Shown piece by piece: positions 17,679 to 22,941 of a stretch of DNA of 29,619 nt. The stretch comes from a virus (lineage: Duplodnaviria; Heunggongvirae; Uroviricota; Caudoviricetes), in the IMG/VR virus record IMGVR_UViG_3300042876_000208, positions 64,001 through 93,619 of that record; one strand, 5' to 3'. The notes beneath the pieces are model-generated. The model searched no databases, was not told where the DNA came from, and saw only the letters and a program-made list of their open reading frames with translations. Positions within the stretch are counted from its first letter, which is position 1; every line of letters begins with the position of its first letter. The translations under genes and the position numbers were made by a program.

Positions 17679-17729
17679 AGCGTTCGGTTTACATCCGAAA
17701 GGTCGGGATTGCAAAATTCTCAAGGAGTA
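17656..17729 (+). tRNA. tRNA-Val(TAC), atypical elbow
   Basis: actcctt/aaggagt; ttcgg-ttTACat-ccgaa; T-loop TGCAAAA; overlaps the HNH 3' end. Confidence 0.8.
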
Positions 17730-17733
17730 CTTT

Positions 17734-17807
17734 GTACCTTTCGTGATTACGGTTTAACACGCCATGCTGAAGACATGGAAAACTCAGTTCGACACTGAGA
17801 GGGTACA
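17734..17807 (+). tRNA. tRNA-Phe(GAA)
   Basis: gtacctt/agggtac; ccatg-ctGAAga-catgg; TTCGACA. Confidence 0.9.
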
Positions 17808-17873
17808 CTGTCTCGTTGTTCCCGAAGACACGCAAGCTATGGGATACTAAACTCTTTTTAGTAATCGGGACAT

Positions 17874-17900
17874 GCAGAAGTAGCTCAACTGGTCAGAGCT
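17874..17900 (+). pseudogene. 5' tRNA half (acceptor strand + D arm) truncated by an antisense HNH gene
   Basis: gcagaag-ta-gctc-aactggtca-gagc, then unrelated sequence. Confidence 0.7.
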
Positions 17901-18348
17901 TTATTAATCCGGCATGAATTTCTCTGTGACAGTTTGAACAAACTAAGATACATTTATCCAGTTCTATTTTTACTTTATTCCACGCTTTGTTAGTATTAGT
18001 TGAAATACTAAAATCTTTTGTATTTGGGTTCTTATGATGAAATTCAAGAGCCTCAACACACTTGGAATAACCACAAACACAACACTTACCGCCACAATAT
18101 TCTACTGCTTTTTGTTTTGTTCTTTTTCTAAATGATTTTATTCTAGGGTAGTCTTTTATTGGTGTATCTCTACAAGAATCACATAGTTTTCTGTATCGTT
18201 CTACTGGTTTTCCACAAATATGACAACCTCTTTCAACATCTATCTTTGCAACATGTCTAATATACAACTTGTTGTTTAAAATTGCAGAACAACTTCTAGA
18301 GCAAAACTTTGGGTTTTTTGTTTCTTTGCCACAATTTAAACACTTCAT
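17893..18348 (-). CDS. HNH endonuclease with N-terminal Zn fingers, antisense to the array
   Basis: MKCLNCGK...FCSRSC; CCVCGY...LEFHH...LDKCILVCSNCHREIH; start moved to ATG 18348 after aaaggag. Confidence 0.85.
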   Translation of the reverse strand: MKCLNCGKETKNPKFCSRSCSAILNNKLYIRHVAKIDVERGCHICGKPVERYRKLCDSCRDTPIKDYPRIKSFRKRTKQKAVEYCGGKCCVCGYSKCVEALEFHHKNPNTKDFSISTNTNKAWNKVKIELDKCILVCSNCHREIHAGLIKL

Positions 18349-18361
18349 TATTATCTCCTTT

Positions 18362-18437
18362 GGGTAGGTACTATCAATTGGTTCAGATGAGAATCCTGAT
18401 AAGGTTCTGTGTGCAGGTTCGATTCCTGCTCTACCCA
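18362..18437 (+). tRNA. tRNA-Ile(GAT)
   Basis: gggtagg/tctaccc; gaatc-ctGATaa-ggttc; TTCGATT. Confidence 0.85.
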
Positions 18438-18466
18438 CTCTATATACAGTAATTATATCATAAATT

Positions 18467-18528
18467 GCAGAAATATGTATCAAATGGTGATACACGAAAG
18501 GTTGGGAGTCCGAGTCTCTCTTTCCGCA
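18467..18528 (+). ncRNA. Anticodon-less tRNA-like RNA
   Basis: gcagaaa/tttccgc acceptor; 6-bp D hairpin with GG loop; cgaaag in place of the anticodon arm; T arm gggag-TCCGAGT-ctctc. Confidence 0.65.
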
Positions 18529-18627
18529 CAAGGTTACAAGCCTTACTACACTTAAGCCATTGTGTAGCCCCTAATAAGACAGCCGGTGCATCGTTAACGG
18601 TAGAAGGGCATCTAATCCATCGGCCAA

Positions 18628-18704
18628 GCTTGTGTGATGCAAATATGGCAGACATGTCTTGCTCAAAACGAGATTTTTTGAAGGTTCGAGTCCTTTCACA
18701 AGCA
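18628..18704 (+). tRNA. tRNA-Leu(CAA), short variable loop
   Basis: gcttgtg/cacaagc; tcttg-ctCAAaa-cgaga; TTCGAGT. Confidence 0.85.
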
Positions 18705-18717
18705 CTAGGAGAACATT

Positions 18718-19461
18718 ATGTTAATTAGTATTAGTGCAAGAGTTACCGTACCCGCTCTTAGAATAAGAGCTTATGCTGGTATTGAGAATGAAATTACTGG
18801 AATGTTATTCTATTCAAACCCCGTAGAAATACGTGAGGTTATCCCCGTAGGAACTGAGTTTTGGGGTAGAGTAGAAAGAGGTTGGATTTGTTTAAAGCAA
18901 GGTATCTTTACTTATACAAATCTAAGAAACTTTTCTTGGTATGTTGGTTCTACAAATTTATATAGAGTTGCCGCAGAAAGATGGCCAGAACTACACGGAC
19001 AGACTAGACCCCCGAACGGTGGCCCATTAGTCCAGGTAGCAAGTGATTCCATCAAAGGTGGCAAGTATATTTACCCACTAGATAAAGTGGCACAGGATTA
19101 TATTAGAATGTGGAACAACGCTCGTGGTTATGCTAAGATTGTAGCACCCGACGTCGGCCCCTCGCAAGGGATAGACCCATTAACCGGAAGACTTAAATGG
19201 AATTACTTAGTCTGGCCTTCCGTAACTAATAATCCTAATACTCTAAAGGTTGTGGAAACATTAGGTGATTGGTGTAGATTTGAAACCATTCCTTACGTGT
19301 TTCCCGTAGCAAAGGATATTAATCCTACAGCTACACCCTGGTTATTTCATAAGATGTGTGATAATATGGGTAATCCATTTATAGTAGATGGTGCTTATAT
19401 AATTCTACCTATATTTGGAAAGGCATGTTGGGTTCCAAGTAGAGCTTTAATAAAGTTATGA
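18718..19461 (+). CDS. Protein with an N-terminal SH3b-like (cell-wall-binding) domain
   Basis: VTVPALRIRAYAG...FWGRVERGWICL resembles bacterial SH3; remainder unrecognised. Confidence 0.55.
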   Translation: MLISISARVTVPALRIRAYAGIENEITGMLFYSNPVEIREVIPVGTEFWGRVERGWICLKQGIFTYTNLRNFSWYVGSTNLYRVAAERWPELHGQTRPPNGGPLVQVASDSIKGGKYIYPLDKVAQDYIRMWNNARGYAKIVAPDVGPSQGIDPLTGRLKWNYLVWPSVTNNPNTLKVVETLGDWCRFETIPYVFPVAKDINPTATPWLFHKMCDNMGNPFIVDGAYIILPIFGKACWVPSRALIKL

Positions 19462-19545
19462 GAGGTAGCCTGAGAGGTCAGAATTGGTCTTGAAAACCAT
19501 GCCATCCAGTGCCCCTGGGTGAGGGTTCGACTCCTTTACCTCCCG
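19460..19545 (+). tRNA. tRNA-Ser(TGA), weak D arm
   Basis: ttggt-ctTGAaa-accat; long variable arm; TTCGACT; G73. Confidence 0.7.
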
Positions 19546-19549
19546 CTAT

Positions 19550-19636
19550 TGAGAATTGACAGAGTGGCAATGTGTACGTTTGCTAAACGTAAGCCATCCT
19601 TGAGTGGATGCACAGGTTCAATCCCTGTATTCTCAG
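19550..19636 (+). tRNA. tRNA-Ser(GCT)
   Basis: tgagaat/attctca; tacgt-ttGCTaa-acgta; long variable arm; G73. Confidence 0.85.
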
Positions 19637-19641
19637 CTTAT

Positions 19642-19714
19642 TGACGAGTCGTTTAAATGGATAGACATCGCACTCTGGATGCGAGAAGTGTAGGTTCGAC
19701 TCCTACCTCGTCAG
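19642..19714 (+). tRNA. tRNA-Gln(CTG)
   Basis: tgacgag/ctcgtca; tcgca-ctCTGga-tgcga; TTCGACT. Confidence 0.9.
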
Positions 19715-19735
19715 CTAGTAAGAAAGGAGATAATT

Positions 19736-19918
19736 ATGGGAAGTATAGATATATTTCTGATTGTTTCTATAATTGCCATAATCATAGCGATTATTGCTAC
19801 AATAATTATGGCTATAGCATTGATACGGTTCATTAAAAGAATGAACGAACTAGACAAACAATTTGAGCAAACGATTAACACCCTTTTAGAGTATAAAAGG
19901 GGTCTTGACAAAAAATAA
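19736..19918 (+). CDS. Small membrane protein (60 aa)
   Basis: agaaaggag RBS; one long TM segment then a charged tail. Confidence 0.7.
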   Translation: MGSIDIFLIVSIIAIIIAIIATIIMAIALIRFIKRMNELDKQFEQTINTLLEYKRGLDKK

Positions 19919-19933
19919 GACCTATGCTATAAT
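19905..19933 (+). promoter_or_regulatory. Perfect sigma70-type promoter upstream of the tRNA-like RNA and DUF2828 gene
   Basis: TTGACA-17 nt-TATAAT with TGn; ggtctt/aagacc inverted repeat overlaps the -35 box. Confidence 0.9.
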
Positions 19934-19937
19934 ACAC

Positions 19938-20065
19938 GAGTGGTTAAGCAACGCCGAGGTCGCAAGGTGCGTATAAAATAAAACTAATCTTGGGATTAGA
20001 CACAGCCACTCATATAAAACTTCTTCTGACTAAGAAAATTGTGGGTTCAATTCCCTCCCTCGGCT
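19938..20065 (+). ncRNA. tRNA-like RNA with the D arm replaced by ~60 nt and crossing helices
   Basis: gccgagg/cctcggc acceptor; T arm with TTCAATT; anticodon-like arm; gagtggt/gccactc crossing helix. Confidence 0.6.
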
Positions 20066-20071
20066 CTAAAC

Positions 20072-20127
20072 TAGATTGCATACAGCAACTATAATTCTTA
20101 CTGCAAATAGAGAGAAAATGCAATCTA
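20072..20127 (+). ncRNA. ACAGCAA stem motif, copy 3 (upstream of DUF2828)
   Basis: tagattgcat/atgcaatcta 10-bp stem; ACAGCAA at 20082-20088. Confidence 0.7.
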
Positions 20128-20170
20128 TGTTATTTCATTCAAATCAAGGATTAAGAAAAGGAGTATTGAA

Positions 20171-21589
20171 ATGACAAGGCTATTTAAGGCTCTAACAACA
20201 AATGACACAGTAACAACAAACGGAATGGTAACTAATTCCACATCCTCAAACTACCTATTGGATATGTTTTTCAGGATGGGTGGTTCAAGACAGATGGACG
20301 AGTCATCAATCCAGACCATGTTCCTAAACGCTTATCATGAGAACCCAGAATATGCTCTAAAGGCATTGTTCTACAATCGTGATATTCGTGGTGGGCAGGG
20401 TGAAAGACGCTCGTTTAGATTGATGTTTCAGGCTCTATGTATTGTAGACCCATCAACTGCAATTAGATTGATTAACTATGTTCCTGAGTATGGTAGATGG
20501 GATGACCTATTCGTAGCATTTGGAACAGATGTTTGGGAGTCTGTAACTGATTTAATCTTAAGCTCTCTAAAGCGTGGTGACAAGCTTTGTGCAAAGTGGA
20601 TGCCTAGACCTAACAAGGCAAAGGCTTACATTGCGAAGGATTTGGCAAAGGCTTGGGGTCTTTCACTAGATGACTATAGAGACTTAATTGTAAAGCATAC
20701 CGATGTAGTAGAAACTCTCATGTGCAAGAGAGAGTGGACTGCAATCAATTACAATCATGTTCCATCAAAGGCTAGCCATCAGTATAGAGGTGCATACCTA
20801 AAGCATGACGAGGATAGATACCGCGAGTGGCTGGGTAATCTAACTAAGGTTGATGAAAAGGGTAAGCCACTAGCTAAGGTAAATGCGGGTGCAATTTTCC
20901 CACATGATGTAATCAAGCCTTACTTTGGTTATGGCAACACAGATACTGATACATTGATTGAGGCCCAGTGGAAGGCACTTCCTGAGTATGCACCAAAGGG
21001 TAATAAGGTAATTTCTGTTTGTGACGTATCCGGTTCTATGAATGGTCTACCTTTGCTAGTATGTTTAGCATTGGGTATCTACACCGCAGAGAGAAACAAT
21101 GGTATCTTTAAGAATGGTTTCATTACATTCTCAGAGAGACCAGCTCTACAGATTCTTAAGGGTAAGACCTTGAGAGACAAGGTAAATGAACTACATAGAG
21201 CGCATTGGGATATGAACACAAATCTAGAGGCAGTATTTGAACTACTACTTACTTCCGCTAAGAGAGATAATCTATCCGAAGAGGATATGCCAGATACCAT
21301 CCTAATCCTATCCGATATGCAGTTTGATGCTTGTGTAAGAAATAAGAGCAACAGTGCTATTGATATGATTAAGAGAATGTATTCAGAAGCAGGATACAAT
21401 GTTCCTAATGTAATCTTTTGGAACTTGAATACAGGTAGTGGTATTCCAGTAAAGTATGATACTAGCGGCACAGCCGTTGTATCCGGGTTTAGTCCATCTA
21501 TTCTAAAGAGCATTATAAGTGGTAATATTAACCCAATTGCTCAGATGATGGAAGTTCTAAACTCAGAACGCTACTCAAAGATTAACTAA
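20171..21589 (+). CDS. DUF2828-family protein, Ro60/TROVE-like N-terminus + vWA domain
   Basis: RDIRGGQGER, VPEYGRWDDL, LCAKWMPR, VNAGAIFPHDV, VCDVSGSM (MIDAS DxSxS), NTNLEAVF, ILSDMQFD, IFWNL and SGFSP motifs. Confidence 0.9.
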   Translation: MTRLFKALTTNDTVTTNGMVTNSTSSNYLLDMFFRMGGSRQMDESSIQTMFLNAYHENPEYALKALFYNRDIRGGQGERRSFRLMFQALCIVDPSTAIRLINYVPEYGRWDDLFVAFGTDVWESVTDLILSSLKRGDKLCAKWMPRPNKAKAYIAKDLAKAWGLSLDDYRDLIVKHTDVVETLMCKREWTAINYNHVPSKASHQYRGAYLKHDEDRYREWLGNLTKVDEKGKPLAKVNAGAIFPHDVIKPYFGYGNTDTDTLIEAQWKALPEYAPKGNKVISVCDVSGSMNGLPLLVCLALGIYTAERNNGIFKNGFITFSERPALQILKGKTLRDKVNELHRAHWDMNTNLEAVFELLLTSAKRDNLSEEDMPDTILILSDMQFDACVRNKSNSAIDMIKRMYSEAGYNVPNVIFWNLNTGSGIPVKYDTSGTAVVSGFSPSILKSIISGNINPIAQMMEVLNSERYSKIN

Positions 21590-21590
21590 A

Positions 21591-21658
21591 AGAATGGTGT
21601 GGTCAGGGAAAGACCTTAAATCGTTGTTCAAGTGAGCCCCAAGATAACAGCCATTTCT
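21591..21658 (+). ncRNA. Structured element directly downstream of DUF2828
   Basis: agaatgg(t)/(g)ccatttct outer helix; ggtc-agggaaa-gacc hairpin. Confidence 0.45.
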
Positions 21659-21662
21659 AACT

Positions 21663-21878
21663 ATGAATAATTATTTGCAGTGGCAATGTTCAGCATCCGG
21701 TATAGAGTTTAATCCTAACGGATACATCACCGCAACCGGAATTTCAAATTTATATGAACCACAAGAGTATATACAAACTAGAGCTACCGTTGTTTTACAT
21801 AAGGTTAAATGTCCTTATTGCGGAAGCTATGGTGAAAGATTTAGTAATTGTACTCATTGTGGTGGTGCAATAGATTAA
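21663..21878 (+). CDS. Small protein with C-terminal double CxxC Zn ribbon
   Basis: KCPYCGS...NCTHCGG. Confidence 0.65.
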   Translation: MNNYLQWQCSASGIEFNPNGYITATGISNLYEPQEYIQTRATVVLHKVKCPYCGSYGERFSNCTHCGGAID

Positions 21879-21881
21879 CAC

Positions 21882-21933
21882 AGACTACATACAGCAAACA
21901 TACTTTGGGTAGCCACCCGCTTGGCAGTAGTCT
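21882..21933 (+). ncRNA. ACAGCAA stem motif, copy 4
   Basis: agactac/gtagtct stem; ACAGCAA at 21891-21897; inner gggt-agcc-accc hairpin. Confidence 0.7.
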
Positions 21934-21939
21934 TTATAT

Positions 21940-22010
21940 AGGTTGTTAGTATAGTGGTATTATAAACGTCTCCAAAACGTAGGACAGGAGTTCGATTCTT
22001 CTACGACCTG
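21940..22010 (+). tRNA. tRNA-Trp(CCA)
   Basis: aggttgt/acgacct; aacgt-ctCCAaa-acgta; G73. Confidence 0.9.
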
Positions 22011-22027
22011 CTAAAAAGGAATTAATT

Positions 22028-22156
22028 ATGTCTGAACTTCTACCATATGTAGCCGTAGCAATTATAGCTTTAATAATCACTGCCTATTTTGGATATAGTG
22101 TAACTATCGGATTAATTATAGCTATGATATTACAAAGTTTAGGCATAACGTTTTAA
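22028..22156 (+). CDS. 42-aa membrane peptide (MSELLPYVAVAIIALIITAYFG...)
   Basis: Hand-translated; aaaagga RBS; hydrophobic throughout. Confidence 0.55.
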   Translation: MSELLPYVAVAIIALIITAYFGYSVTIGLIIAMILQSLGITF

Positions 22157-22161
22157 ATCAA

Positions 22162-22235
22162 TGCGCGGTGGACTGGAGCGGTTCCAGCACGTCCCCATAA
22201 GTCGTATCACGAGAGTCCGAATCTCTCCCGCGCAA
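22162..22235 (+). tRNA. tRNA-Met(CAT), atypical (C33, extended D stem)
   Basis: tgcgcgg/ccgcgca; loop ccCATaa; TCCGAAT T-loop; lacks the three G-C pairs of initiator tRNA. Confidence 0.7.
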
Positions 22236-22299
22236 CTAATAGCTAAGTATATATAACGATTGGCTAACTACCACAACAACGTATACTTAGCTGTGCTAT

Positions 22300-22370
22300 T
22301 CCCGAATCGTACAATGGCAGTACGCGAAGCTGTTAACTTCGTTATCGTGGTTCGAGTCCATGTTTGGGAG
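22300..22370 (+). tRNA. tRNA-Asn(GTT)
   Basis: tcccgaa/tttggga; cgaag-ctGTTaa-cttcg; G73. Confidence 0.9.
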
Positions 22371-22374
22371 CTAT

Positions 22375-22450
22375 GCGACTTTAAACCCTCACGCTTCTAA
22401 CGTGCTGGAAGGTTAACGGATACATGCAGGTTCAAATCCTGTAAGTCGCG
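22375..22450 (+). ncRNA. Topologically rearranged tRNA-Arg(TCT)-like RNA
   Basis: Perfect acceptor gcgactt/aagtcgc and T arm; anticodon hairpin cacg-ctTCTaa-cgtg nested inside an aacc/ggtt stem; D-loop-like AACGGATA lies 3' of it. Confidence 0.65.
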
Positions 22451-22470
22451 CCTAGTAGAGAGGATACAAA

Positions 22471-22686
22471 ATGAACCACAAAAGAGAAGTAACATCTTAT
22501 ACCGAACGTTATTACACCATTGTAAAGTGGAATAATGAACTAGTAGGATATGAAGAAATAGAAATATTGGATAGTGAATTAAGTGAGGTTTCCGCAGTTC
22601 ATTATATGTATTCAAAATATGGCTTTGGAAAAGAATATAAAGTACGTCAAGTATTTATAACTAAGCTATATTATGATATAGAATAA
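22471..22686 (+). CDS. Hypothetical protein (71 aa)
   Basis: ORF with a gagagga RBS. Confidence 0.65.
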   Translation: MNHKREVTSYTERYYTIVKWNNELVGYEEIEILDSELSEVSAVHYMYSKYGFGKEYKVRQVFITKLYYDIE

Positions 22687-22691
22687 ATCAT

Positions 22692-22763
22692 GCCTTGTAA
22701 ACATATATAGTGATGTACCTGTCCTGTAAACAGGATAACTGGACGCAAGTTCCAGACGAGGCT
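22692..22763 (+). tRNA. tRNA-Thr(TGT), atypical elbow, C33
   Basis: gccttgt/acgaggc; cctgt-ccTGTaa-acagg; T-loop CGCAAGT. Confidence 0.7.
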
Positions 22764-22768
22764 CTAAA

Positions 22769-22863
22769 AGACTTGTAACAGAAAACTCAAATTAACCACA
22801 CAACACAAGAGTCTATAACTACGTTGTAGGTTCTTAGTTGTGTGATGACACAATATCAAGTCT
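22769..22863 (+). ncRNA. ACAGAAA variant of the stem motif, copy 5, long inner hairpin
   Basis: agacttg/caagtct stem; ACAGAAA at 22778-22784; inner cacacaac/gttgtgtg and ctataac/gttgtag helices. Confidence 0.6.
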
Positions 22864-22868
22864 AATTC

Positions 22869-22941
22869 GCACTCGTAGCTCAATGGTCAGAGCAACTGTC
22901 CTATTAACAGCAAGTTGGGGGTTCGACTCCCTCGGAGTGCA
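22869..22941 (+). tRNA. tRNA with TAT anticodon (Ile AUA reader or pseudo-tRNA), Thr-like acceptor
   Basis: gcactc/gagtgc; canonical D and T arms; loop ccTATta lacks U33 and purine 37. Confidence 0.6.

Noticed and set aside
16282-18728. ORF-track entries 16282-16464, 16450-16656, 16938-17123, 18458-18655, 18465-18728 and the N-terminal extensions of 16514 and 18531
   Set aside because: They run through tRNA genes, lack RBSs and give no recognisable protein; they are by-products of stop-poor tRNA sequence.
19938-20065. tmRNA
   Set aside because: Far too short, no G3.U70 alanine acceptor and no tag reading frame.
22389-22405. Amber suppressor (CTA) reading of the cttctaa loop; likewise cctatta at 22900-22906
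   Set aside because: The CTA register breaks the stem in both cases; the TCT and TAT registers give 4 Watson-Crick pairs.
15929-22863. ACAGCAA repeats as a CRISPR array, with the Cas4-like nuclease (5631-6335) as a cas gene
   Set aside because: Copies are irregularly spaced kilobases apart and conserved in structure rather than sequence. The nuclease is a stand-alone PD-(D/E)XK protein in a recombination module with no other cas genes.
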